Source: Trichosphaerium sp. ATCC 40318 (taxonomy: Eukaryota; Protista; Tubulinea). Taken from it: a stretch of DNA of 64,000 bases. The notes under the pieces were generated by a model that saw only the letters and a list, made by a program, of their open reading frames with translations, had not been told where the DNA came from and made no database searches. Shown here in pieces: positions 11,738-24,288 of the stretch. Numbering within the stretch: the stretch's first letter is position 1; every line of letters starts with the position of its first letter. The DNA is taken from positions 434,001-498,000 of the forward strand of contig JALMLS010000579.1 in NCBI GenBank assembly GCA_038496445.1. The letters run 5' to 3'. A program made the position numbers and the translations under genes.

Positions 11738-14262
11738 TTAATCCCACATATAGTCAAGGCAATGCCTAACTACCTCTGAACCACTAATAGCTTGAAAATA
11801 ATCGCCGTGAGGAAATTTCGCCTTATCCTTTCTCATAATAATCTGAGAATCAAATACGCTTTCAGCCTTATCATCAAAGTAAACAGCCAAATCGCAATTT
11901 GTCTCATAGAACATAGTTGATAACTGATATTGTACTAGTCTCTTAGATCGCAATGCTGTCATTTCTTCCTTCTTTTCAACGTAAGCAGTAACCAACCTAC
12001 GGTTCTCATCACTCTCAAAATTTTCTGCAAGTTCATGAGCACAGTAAAAAAAAAAAAGCAACAAAAACATACCAAGGTGCGCTATGTCCTTCAGGAACAT
12101 AATAAACTCTTCTATGCTGGCTATACCATTATTGATGCCTACTCCTAAACGATAGTGTGCTGTTACTTGAGCGTCACCTACTATAAATACAGGAAGAGGC
12201 GGAAAGAGGTCTTTAACGATTAGTTTCGAAGAGGTAGCCCTGTTACTTGTTAAAAAATGTTCACAGGACTAAGTCGTACGCTTTGTTAATAACAATGTCT
12301 ATCACATCTATATTAAGAGTTCCGTCTTTCTTGATATCAATACTGTCTATTAAGCTATTGATATTGTCGAATGGCTCAGCAAACAATGTACTAGTAACCT
12401 CAAATAACTTGGACAAAATTATATTTCTAGAAAAAAGTAAGAAAATAATTACTACAACATTTATGAACCGCATACGTATTATCAGGGTCATTAGATGCGT
12501 AACTATCTATTGAATCTAAAGAACCTATGACATCCTTGAAATAACACTGTTAGCAGTTTATTGTGGAACAATATCACACCTTGCCAGTGTCACCATCAAA
12601 CACTATATGAAAAAAGAGTAAGAAAATGATATCTTTCATGTTCTTATGTGTACGTATTTGTAAATGACAGATACCATGATAAAATCTTGTGAAAACAATA
12701 GAAACACCTTATAAAGTATATAAATAATATTATGAGGACAAAAAAAATAGCTTACCATCCACGACAAATCCAATCATAGCTTGGTTTATTTTTTTTGATA
12801 ATTGAGGACATTTATCATTAAACGACTTGAAGTACACAAGCAAGGTCGTTTGTTTCAAGTCTAAAAACCTTTAGCTGCTACAAAGCAAACAAACAACTTG
12901 AAGCCAATGAGTACCTTCTACTGTACGTTCTATACCGTTCTCAATGAAAAACTCACTTTGTTGTGTAAATGGTATATCAGCCCACTGACGCACGGCACTT
13001 TGTGTACCATCAGCACCTATATAAAATAATCTTAGTACTTAATATACCACCAAGTGAGCATTCATACCAACAAGAATATCAAACTTCAAAGTAGCTGAAG
13101 TCTCACTACAGTCTGGTTCTTTGATATCGTTATCTTTCAAATCCTTCAGCAGAGCTTCATATTTATTGTTGTTGCCTCGTTACAAAGTTAAAAGAAAAAC
13201 AAAGGTTAAAAATGTGTTACCTGTCTTCTCACATACTCCTATGAATGACGTATTGAAACGTATGTCTACACCAATAGCAAAAGCTATTTTTGCTAGAAAA
13301 CGTTCTAATTCATTGCACCTGAAAGTACGTATTTTGTGACCGCCAAACATCTCTTCTGTGTACTTTAGGTGTTGATGTGAGATACCTAGATCATCTAACA
13401 AAGTGACCGCAGGATACCTGCACATTATAAGCCATCACTTCAACAATAATAAAAAGCACAAACCACGCTTTTGGCCCGACATCAAACCACGTGTTACGCG
13501 TATAAGCACCACGTTTTTCAATAAGAGTCACTTTATAACCTTCTCTCCTAGCTGCTATAGCATGTACAAGACCTATCGGGCCTCCACCTTACTGGAGTTA
13601 TCGAATTAGATATCTGCTGTAAAAGCATACCGACAACGAGTATGTGTTTGTTGTGTACGCTCAATAACTCTGTTGGAAGTTTCTGAGGGTGTTAGCGAGC
13701 GTTAGGGAAGAACTGATTACCACATAAGCGATCAGCTGAAGAACAAATTGGCGAAGTTGTTGAAGAGCCAGTGAAAGGTCCACCAGAGATTCAGACGCAA
13801 CAGTTTCGCGTTCTTCACTTAAGACACAGTCATTGAGGTCGTTTTGGAGCTGTTCAACTACGCTATCGCTTGTTTCTGGTACACATTTAACTCATTGTGT
13901 GACTAGAGGCCGTACGTGATAAGAAGACGCGTAAAACAGTATGTTTGCTGGGATTCTTAAATAGCGCCAGAAATAAGTCCTGTATCAAATGGTTGAGTGC
14001 GCACATTAGCTCACTGTACGCACACGCAAAACCCTCAAAGATTTTAAAGCTGGTGGAGGTTAAATTTCAGTTATAAAATACTCAGTACCATCTGTATCTA
14101 CGTTCAGAGCCGCACGAACGTTATCGTACAACTTGTTTTGTGTAATAAAGTCACTAACCTGATACTTAGCGTTAATGTACCACAAACAATACGCCGGCGT
14201 GCCCATGTACAGTTTTGAGCGTTGACAACTGTAAAAATTACTACAAAGAGCAATAGTCTCAT
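11738..14262 (-). CDS. FAD-dependent monooxygenase (MICAL/PHBH-like) with N-terminal signal peptide, multi-exon
   Basis: MRLLLFVVIFTVVNAQ start; GGGPIGL...VTLIEKRGAYTRN Rossmann motif; NELERFLAKIAFAIGVDIRFN; FDILVGADG (DG motif); IVGDAQVTAHYRLGVGINNG (GD motif). Confidence 0.75.
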
Positions 14263-14419
14263 AGCGGGTCCTAATTAAATTCTACGCTCAGGAGATGCTC
14301 CTCACCCTTTTATTTGTTTATCTAGTTTTGAGTATTTTCTCTGATCAAAAACTGTGCTTCGCTTAAAGTTAGTACGCAAATTACTCTAATACGCACAAGA
14401 CTAAGCACAAGAATATAAA
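14263..14419. promoter_or_regulatory. Probable short bidirectional promoter between the monooxygenase and CBM48-Rnl2 genes
   Basis: Only 157 bp separate the divergent ATGs at 14262 (-) and 14420 (+). Confidence 0.45.
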
Positions 14420-16337
14420 ATGGCAAAGTTCGTTGATGGTACGCACCTGTAATGTTGTCTTTCGTTAACGCAAACAGTTGGATTTGTTTGGCCCTATGGA
14501 GGCAAAAAAGTACTTCTAGCAGGAAGCTGGGACTGGTCCAAACGCATACAAACTAAAAAAGGCCGTAAGTGGATAAAAATAACGTGCCAGTTGCGTTGTT
14601 CTTCTTACAATCTATAAGGTGGTGCACATACAGCAATAATGAGCTTGTCAGCAGCTAATCCGATTCAATACAAGTTCATTGTTGATGACGTTTGGTACGT
14701 AGATTGACAGTGTCCCCATAGCGTTTCTGTAGCGACAAAGACCTAACTCAAGACATACAGGTGCTACGATATTACAAAACCAACGATTAGAGCTCCGAAT
14801 GGAGCTATAAATAACATACTCACTAAAGAAAAACTTGCTAAAAAAAGGACAACAGACGATGGCTCTTTAAAGTTCCGTGTACGAGTTTACTTGTAATTTA
14901 CTCTACCACGTGTTGACATGTGATTATTAGCGATTCCCAAGCATAGAGAACTCTTCATTGCAAGAATTTTACGAACAAGTAAGTATAAAACACAACCAAC
15001 AGCTCCGGCTTGTGCTAACGAGCTGGTTTAGATTATGATTGAAAACAAAGATGGTGGCGAGTGGGTGATGACAGAAAAAGGTGCGGATGAGAATAATCCT
15101 ACGTCGTAGTGTGCCTAACAGCTGTATAGTACACGGAGCTAATTTCTCATTTGCAACAAATGGAGAAGAAATTTTGAGTTGCAAACGTACTTCTTCCCTT
15201 ACCGACAAAGACAGGTTCTACCCTGGTACGGCAATGCTAATATGGCTTCTAAACACTCAAATTTATATTAAAACTTCTGAAGGTTGGGAGAAAATTTTAC
15301 AGGCTCATTCAGAGCGCCTTAAAAAATTGTTTTCTTTGGTTAAAGAAGAGCTTTCTGAAGAAAAGGATGAAGTCAAATCAATAGTGGTATACGGAGAATT
15401 TTGCGGTGGATTTTATCCGCACAAGGACGTTCAAAATATTGAAGGTATCAAATATGTACAAAAAGGCCTTTGGTACGTAGTACAGCAATATGAAAAATAA
15501 GTTTTCTCACACTTTGTCAAAAGGTATTCTCCAAAGTTCGAATTCTATGGGTTTGACATCTATGTGCCTCGTCATAGCTTCCTTAACTATGACCTTACAA
15601 CAAAACTATTTGAGAAAGCTGGATTTTTGTATAATAAAGCTCTACAAAGAGGTACATACCAATAGATGATAAAAAAACTAAATGTACCAGGCACTCTAAA
15701 AGAATTACTAAAGTTCGATGTTGAAACTTTTGAAAGTGTGATTCCAAGTTACCTTGGGCTTCCAAAGATTGAAGGAAACTTGGCTGAAGGTGTTGTCATC
15801 AAACCTGTAATTAACCGGTATTTGAATAAGGGTATGTAAAGTATTGATAACGTTGTAGAACTGACACATCAAACAAAATAGGATCACGTATTATTTTAAA
15901 GAAAAAGAGGTCTTCTTTTGGAGAAGTCTCAAAAGTAAAGAAAGTCAAGCCTCTAAAAGAATTCGTAAAGCTTCCAAAGGAAGCACAGGAACACTATGAT
16001 AATTTAATACGTTATATCACTGAAAATAGGCTAAATGCAGTCATGTCAAAGGTACGACAAAGTCGAATAAAATGAATATTTGTAACAAAATCTAGGTTGG
16101 TCCTCCACAAAATAGGAAAGAAATCGGAAGGCTTGTAGGCATGTTTGGTTCAGGTTCGTTTGAATAATTTTTGCTTAGCTGCTTGCTTACGCACTTCTAG
16201 ACGCCCTTACAGACTTTAAAAAAGACTATCCTTCATTCGCACTGCTGGACAAGCCACTTCAAAAACGCATTACGAAACCATTCAATTCCCGCGTTGCAAA
16301 CATGGTAATGAAAATATTCCTTCAATCCAAGGAGTAG
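14420..16337 (+). CDS. CBM48 (AMPK-beta-type glycogen-binding) domain fused to an Rnl2-family ATP-dependent RNA ligase, multi-exon
   Basis: Spliced ORF: GFVWPYGGKKVLLAGSWDW...IQYKFIVDDVWCYDITKP...NGAINNIL, linker, FRRFPSIENS...WVMTEKVHGANFSF (motif I), CKRT (Ia), VYGEFCGG (III), FYGFDI (IIIa), AEGVVIKP (IV), ILKKKRSSFGE (V), YITENRLNAVMSK (Rnl2 C-domain); stop TAG at 16335-16337. Confidence 0.9.
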
Positions 16338-17649
16338 ATATTTTTATTCACAAAAAAAGTAAACGCCAAACCGTACTTTGTCAAAATAAAGTAGCGAAAA
16401 AAAAATCACAGAAAAAAACGCCTTTGTTGACTTTACTTGATTTGCCCTAAAATTCAGTTTATCGCCATCAAAACACCTAACACAACACATAATGACTACA
16501 AAATAATTAAGAGAGTGTACTCTTGACAACACTCGGTACGTAGTTCTTTTCTGCCTTTTTCTCAAACGGAAAAAACCGCTGTCGATGATTAGAAATACCA
16601 ATCCGACAGCTTCATACGGTGTTGCTTACGAGGAGATATTGATAATAGTCTTAGACTAATTTTCATCCATCATCGCCCTTTATTCTTCGTCGGCTTTGTT
16701 CGGCTCTTGAACACCTCTCTTACGTCTTATAGGACCATCTCTAAACGATACCGAGCGATTGCATGTTGATTTAACCCAAACAAACCGCAAAAAGGTACGG
16801 AAAGTTTTTCGAAAACAAAACTCTTTCTTTTTGCACGCACCACTACCCAGGAACAAAGAAATAAATTCTTTTTTACCTGTCGTTGGATGCAATAGAAAAA
16901 TACGGCATCTAGCGAGACAAGTATGCAATGATATAAACGTTGGCTTGTCCTCATACGTAATCCACATTCTCAAACAAGAAAACTAAAGATTCTCAATCTT
17001 TTTCTCAATATCGTTTTCTTACTCTACAAAAGGTTTGTCCAACGCAAAGTGCCACCACTGCGCTCCGCACTGATCACTACGTGACATAGCGCCTTTTTAG
17101 CCACTTGAAGCGCTTACTTATCCACACGTTGGCTGATGGTTGTCTACTCGCACATAATATTGCGTAGTAGCTCCCTCAGTTATCGTTGGTGGTGTAGGTA
17201 GCCTTCCTTGCTTTGTAACACCCTCTAACTTGAAACTAAAACGTACGTGCTCCTTTTGGTTTGAAATCGCTTTTCTTCCTTCTTCTTCAAACATGCAGTC
17301 TATGATGTGCTATTCGCCATGATCCTCTGAATCTAATGAAGTGACTTACGAAGGCTGAGACCATAAAACATCCCTTTGAAAACAATTCTTGCTTTACTCG
17401 AACTTTGCATCTTTTCAACTGTTCGGCAGTATTTCTTAGATATTGTTTAGGATATCCTTGTCAGCCTACATAAAAGATGCTCATCTAGAAGATTTACATC
17501 GTTCATTCAACTGAAATGAATTGATAATAATCTGTCTTGAAAAAGGACGTTTCGGTCAAACATACTTGTATTTATTTGTTATGATAAAATAAAACTAGTC
17601 ACCAAACTGTTGCCTTTTTTATCTGTGCCTTACTGTATCGACTGTTACT

Positions 17650-20600
17650 ATGCGACAAAAGACCTATTTTATTTTGATTCTCAATTTTCTCATGTGTAAA
17701 GTATTGGTGACCCGGTTACTCTGTTCTGCATCATTTTTCTGTTGTCTTGTTGGTCGCAAAAAGGCTTCGCCGAGAATGATATTGATTTTGTCTGGTTTGT
17801 AAAAAAAGTGTATGGAACCAAAAGTGGATCGCATACACATGTAATAAATACCTGTTAGGTTTATTTAATGGATAGGTATTGGACTGTGGGCGAGGTATGC
17901 GGATGGCTAGAAAGTGTGGGTCTTGGACAAATCTCCAATGACGCAAGGTAAGCATAGTCGCTTAAAACGACTAAAAACAACAAGGAGACTTGAATTAAAC
18001 GGGAAACAATTGCTGGAGTTAACGAGTGCTAAAATAAGCGAAACAATGTCTATTAACGCTAGTACGCACTTAAAACGTAATGACTGCTTGCATGTTTATG
18101 TTTATATTAGCTTTGCACGTGTCTCTGTTACGAGAAATTTCAAAGCTACAAAACGTCCTGAACTCGAAGCAAACACAAGTCTTTAGCTTTCAAGTGCGTG
18201 TTACGGCTCAACATAATTATTTGCGCTTAGCTGGCCCATTTTTTTTTTGAGAATCGACTTCATTGCTCACACTGTTACCAAAAAACTCGCTTTACTTTTG
18301 GGTTATTTCGGCTATTTGGTCACTTGTAAAGCGCAATATCACATGCAACAAAAGCTTATTGACAAAATATTCATAGGAGAACACCACAATCAACGAGACA
18401 CCAGATGTACAACCAATCACACAGAGAAAACACCAAACTTCAACAAACACACCCACATCAGCGTCAGATGAAGAACTAAATCCATCTACTAATCCAAATG
18501 CAAACAGAGCACAGTCACTAGATACTCAGCAACCTAAAAAAAAGAGAAAACACCTATTTTCACCTACAGCGAGAGCTCCAAGTTCAATTGCATGTGTACG
18601 GTATTATTTTTCGATTTAGAAAAACTTACTTGTTCACAAGGTAAATGACAAAGTACCATTGGAAGTGCTTGTACACATATTAAACTTTGTAACAATATAT
18701 GAGCATGAGACGTGTAAATTAACATGCCACTACTGGCTTGATATATGCCAACGATACCTCTTTAAAAGAATTACTCTTTCAGGCAAGCTGTTGTGTGAAC
18801 TTTTAAGTATCACTCTAATAATGTGTAAGGAAATGATACACTTGCGTCTGCTACTAAAAATATAAACAAGTCATCAATTAATTATCTATGTTTTATTCTG
18901 AAACGAAGGAACATTGATTTCTTGAACGAGTTGAGCAAAATGGCAGTGGACTTTAAACATCTTCAATCACTGGTATGAAAAACAGCTAGTTACAAAAGCG
19001 CAGCTCTTTTGAGTGTACTCTCTAACAATCAAGTATAGACGATCAAGGATAATTCATTTGCATGTCTTGTACAACTTGTTTGATTTGAAAAAAAAATAAG
19101 TATACTTACTCTTACGAAGACTTCATGGCATTGGCTTAATGGAGTAATGACCAGGTGCCCTATAACATCTCTTAAAGCTGTGAGTCCTCGTCCTTTGGGC
19201 GATAAGCTTCTTGGATATGGCAAAGGGTACACTTCAAGGTGAAACGTAACAACTGAATGTTTTTGTAAAAAGGCAGCTGAGTCGTTTAAAACAGTTGATA
19301 TGCACTATACGTACCACAAATAGGGATCTGTTTAGAAAGCTTTCTTTGAAGGAGTATGTTTTTTTTTGGTTTTGAGTAATGAACTAACTTCAAATAGGTT
19401 GGTTCACTTGGAAATAGACACAAGAGATATGACAATAAGTCAAACGTCAATGCTTGATTCATTCAAAAAAATGTCAAAACTTAAACTGCTTCAGTTTCAT
19501 TTAAATGACAAGGCTCGAGTCAGTTCTACATTAATTCTACCTAAAGTAACGTAAGTGTATTTCCTGTATGTAGATACATGTTTACATTTCTTAGAGCGCT
19601 AAAGATATCAGCTAGTTTTTCAGTCATAATAACACAGTTTATTGTGCCAAACTTAATTATATTGGCACTTGATAACATTAAAAGCAATGCCCTGATACAA
19701 GTGAGTCATAGATTTTACATTGCCAATATTCAAAGTTGCATTGCAGGTATTCCCACAGCTCATGAGACAAATTAAGATATTGCAAGTAAGGAAAAGCAAA
19801 CTACCAGAAAGTATTGGATCAAATACACTTGAGACGTTCAACTGTGACCACTGTCCAGAGCTTGTAAGTTTTAACTAGTACTCCCTGTTAATTATTTAAT
19901 AGAAAAAGCTGTATACACCACATCTCAAACAAGTTCATCTGGAACACAAGTTGGATGTGTATTATCCTCTTTTACAAATCGGTTCATTCAATACAACATT
20001 GTTTTCCCCTATAGACTTGCTTTCACCGTCTCTCAAAGTTATGCACTGGCACTCAATATCACTTTGTGAAGAGTGGTGGCATGCTTTATCATTGTTACCA
20101 TTAGAATATATTTCAGTGCAACATGGAGATGGCATAAGTAACATTAAGAACTTGCCAACATTGAAGTACCTTTCTTTCATATCCACGTCACAAGACACGA
20201 TATCTCATGACAAACTTGAGTATATTCACAAAAAAAAGTATGGCGGACAACAGCCATTCACACTTTTTGATTGTCCTTTGTTGGTATGTTAGTTCTTATC
20301 AAGGGTTTTTTGTGGCTAACATTGTCTACTTAGAGGGAGTTATGTGTTGAACGCTCTGTATTTCCTAGCTTCTCACGGAGAACAAGAAATATAAGACACC
20401 TTGAGATCAAAAACACATCTCACTACAAGTGCCGAGCAATCCAAAAACTTTTACAACTTGAAGTACTTATTATTAAAACAGTTGTTTGTGGATGTGAAAT
20501 GTTCATTGCCAATACAACTCTCAAAACCTTAAGTACAAGCAAAATACAATTATTTGACTCTTTCACTACTAATGTGATTAACCAATGGTAGAACTTGAAG

Positions 20601-21228
20601 ACATTTCTGCAGAAACCGTGGAATTAAACACACCTCAGTTGTGCTTTTTGTCTTTAACTGGGTCAGACTGTGTCACAAACATTATTTGGGGTACAGAACC
20701 TATGACTAATCTAAAGACAATGTTACTTGGTAACAATGACTCTCTTGATGACAGATCGTTTGTGGGACCTTTTGATAAATTCCCATTCCCTTCTTTATCG
20801 TTCTTGAGTCTAAAATATACACAAATCACGTCACTAACTTTGAATCAAATTGAAACAAATTGTCCTAATATAAACATGGTATGCTTGACTCAAATTTGTA
20901 ATTTACACCTTAGTCTCTGGATCAATTCCACTGGTCTTATTTAACATCGTAATAGATAGAGTATTGTTATTATGAGAACAACAAGCAAAACATTCAAAAA
21001 CTTAAAGCATTTCAAGCGATTATCAAAAGGATAACTGGCAAAGAAAAAATAGAGGATAGAGACAAACCAAAAGCACCAATAGCTGAATATACAAAAGCAC
21101 ACGAGTATGTCAAGATGTTGGACACAAACACTTGGACACCATTCACCACTTTTACTAAGCCTTGACAGCAAAGGTGTACTATCGACTGGCGTCCTTAAAC
21201 GATATGTCAACCGATATAATGCAAAATA
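17650..21228 (+). CDS. SAM domain + F-box + leucine-rich repeat protein, multi-exon (start approximate)
   Basis: WTVGEVCGWLESVGLGQ...ELNGKQLLELT (SAM, ~17880-18060); low-complexity linker with PKKKRK; VPLEVLVHILNFV...LTCHYWLDI (F-box, ~18650); many LxxLxL exons to ~21228. Confidence 0.7.
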
Positions 21229-21324
21229 ACCAGATTTTGTGGCCAAAAGTCTCTGCACGTGGACAATAAATTGTACAGTTCTAATTAATTGGCTTTTTTG
21301 TTTTAATTGAGTACAATCAATTCA

Positions 21325-22117
21325 CTAAACATATGAACTGGTTATTTTTACACTTGAGCTAGCGCCTGTTGTTGTAACAAGCAACCTCCAGGTTTCTGTT
21401 GGAATAGTAATAACATTAAATTGTTCATCATGTTCAATACCAAGTGTGTTTCCTATGATGCTCAATGTCATTTGACCTTTTGTAAACCGTATATTTGTAA
21501 AGCCTATGTTTAATCCTTGCTTATACTCATAATTGTTGTGCCATCCATAAAATGAAGGCAATAAATGGGATTGTTTAACATCTAAAACACGGTCCTTTTC
21601 AAAGTCGCTTAGAATGCCTACAGACTTCACACCGTACTGGATTGCTAATTTCCAAATCACTCTCTTGTACACATTTGTCCCAAGTAATTTGTGTACCTTT
21701 ATGGCTTTGTGGGTTTCCTTGTTTGAGTACGAAGTTGTATATTGCTTAGAGAATGTGTCCACAGTGAGTAGCTTTGTCTTGGCCAGTCCTAGGAAGTCTA
21801 CAAGTTTCGCAAACTCTTCATCTCCGCTGAAAGAAGCAAACGCTAGAGCTATTTCGCTTGTACTCTTCTTTTGCCATGCAGATGATCTGAGCACTCGCAA
21901 AATTGAGGTAAAGTAGTCTGGGTCCAAGTCCAAAAAGATAGCACCGTTCTTGTCATGTCTATGCTTGTTCCATCGCCCGCTGAACATAATTTCGAGAAAA
22001 GAGCTGGGAACGATACAAAGAGGTAGTAAAGAGCTTGCCTCCAACGTTTAACTCTACAATATCGTCATCGCTTATTGTCTCTTCAAGAACCTTGTTTTCC
22101 TTGTGTTGCTGCGCCAT
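21325..22117 (-). pseudogene. KCTD-type BTB/POZ protein, intronless, frameshifted near 22025
   Basis: ATG 22117 gives DDIVELNVGGKLFTT; the BTB continuation LCIVPSSFLEIMFSGRW...AIFLDLDPDYFTSILRVLR lies in a different frame, with no intron-sized gap. Confidence 0.75.
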
Positions 22118-22476
22118 TTGTAAGATTGTGTTTATTTGGTTGCGCTAGTTACTTTTCTCTCAGAGACGTCACGAAAAGTCTACAACAAAACAGCCACCAT
22201 TACACCTACTGTCGTACCTGAGTTGTCTGCAATAGGACAATGAATGGAACTAGGGATAAAGCAACTGGTAGTAATGTTTATGTGACTAAATACTGAGAAA
22301 TACAAGTGAATCTCCATGCGAAAAAGCACCTTTGAAACCACGTGGTATTGAGAACAATTACTCGTATTTTGTCTTTACCCGCTATTCACTCTGTTACGGA
22401 AGCGTGCACCTTTAGTGACTAAGTTGTTACTTACCTAAATAAGTCGTTTAAGCGTCAAACTCATTTTTTACACAAA

Positions 22477-23782
22477 ATGACGCATGCTTGCGTGCCTACA
22501 AAATATGATCCTGTCACGCTATCTATTGGTTACATAGTACTCATTGGCACTTTCTTAATCTATATTCCGCAGGTACGAAGGCCAATAGAGAGGCTAAAAA
22601 AACTTTTTTTCGAAAAAAATTCTAAAAGGGAAGTAGTTTGTTCTTTTGTTTATGAAACGCTCTAGCTATGGTAAGCCGCAGTAATACGTTATATTTGAAA
22701 CTGATGTATTGCCTTTTTCAGGCATTTCTGATTTTAATCGATTTATATTCGCTGTTATGACAGCTTCTTCGCTTGGAAGTGTACGTGAAATGTTAAAAGA
22801 AAGGTTATTATTGAAAATACAAGATTTTTTTTTACAAACGAGTTTTTTTAGGTTGTTGTCTTGGAATATTACAAGTTTTCTTGCTGTACGGACTGGAGTA
22901 CTTCTAATTGTTTCGATACTATGATGAATATTGGTCAGAACTTTATGACTTTTTATAGTAGCTTCACTTTTGCTCTTTTGTATTTTATGTTTTATGAGAT
23001 AAAACGCGATGGTAAATTAGTTCACGTGTATACGAAACGGTACGGCTGAAATTTCAGAATTTTATTTGTTCCCTGTTTAGGGTAGGAGTGCGTTTTACCA
23101 ACGTCCGGTGAGGACTAAATTCGTTGTTGGTGGGGAGAAAATTTGCATTCCTTCCAGATTTTACTATCCCCATTTTTTTTGGTTTTGACACTTAACTTCT
23201 AGTGTGCTTATCTTAGCTTCGTTATTGATTATATGGTATTTGACTATCATAATTGTTGCATATGTTACAATTACGTTTTGGGGTCAGGATAGTACCGTAA
23301 CAAAGTACTACGGTAAAAACAACAAGTTTATTTTTCTGCTTTAACACTCAATTAAGGCGAGGGGCTCGGTATTATTGCATCTATTTGTAATGTTGCTGGA
23401 AATTTACCACAGATTTATGAGACATGGCGTTTAAAGGATACAGGATCTTATTCAATAATAACACAATTACTCAGCGTATGCTTAAAGAAAATCGAAAACT
23501 TTAATTTTTTTATTGGTATTTTTTTATGACGTTTCGATTTAGACTCCTGGTACATTCATGCTTGCGTACTTTCAGTTCAAGAGTGACCCAAAGAAATTCG
23601 GAGTTTGGTTACCTTGGTGGGTCGGTGCATTCTTGACTTTCGTACTCTGTGTTGAGCTATGCTATTATGCTACTCTGAAGCGACTACGAGAAAGACGTTT
23701 AAGAAAGCAAGGAATTATACCAAGAAAGACTATGGATGTAGCACCTTTATTAGGGAGTGGTACAACGGTACAAATAGAATAA
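22477..23782 (+). CDS. PQ-loop repeat membrane transporter, multi-exon
   Basis: Two PQ motifs after TM helices (GTFLIYIPQ; AGNLPQIYETWRLKDTGSYS); C-terminal DVAPLL dileucine-like signal. Confidence 0.75.
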
Positions 23783-24288
23783 ACCTACTTTCAAACAAAA
23801 CGGCTTTATAGTTGGTGACCCTACCATCGCTTATTGATGCTTACATAGAGCGCCACTCTATTTTCCCTACATTATGCAAACTTTTTGTGACAAAATCGCT
23901 AGTTCTGCTTTATTTCATCAAAAAACATTTTAAATTTGCAACATTTATCATGATTCCGAACCCGCAGACATGGACTCCAAGCGCCTTGTAGAGCAACCAA
24001 AAAAAGTCATAAAATCGCCAATTGTTGAGTAAATACTTTCCATGACGTCTCTAACCTCAGCAATCTTTTTTTATAGCTCAGGCTAACACAACTTGCCTCT
24101 TCTCCCGGGTTGAATTATTATTGTAATACAATAATGACACAACAGTGCTGTCTGATCTCATGAACATGAAACAATTTTCACTGAACAAACCAACGTGTTA
24201 GTTTCAAAACGCATGAACATCAAAGTGCTTGACACGCAACTCCAGTACTCACTCCGTTACCGCTTTACAAAATACTATTGCGTACAAC

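Noticed and set aside
16344-17510. Possible minus-strand gene (LIIDSGFF faintly recalls a DEAH helicase motif)
   Set aside because: I could not build a consistent spliced frame and no other helicase motifs are present; left unannotated.
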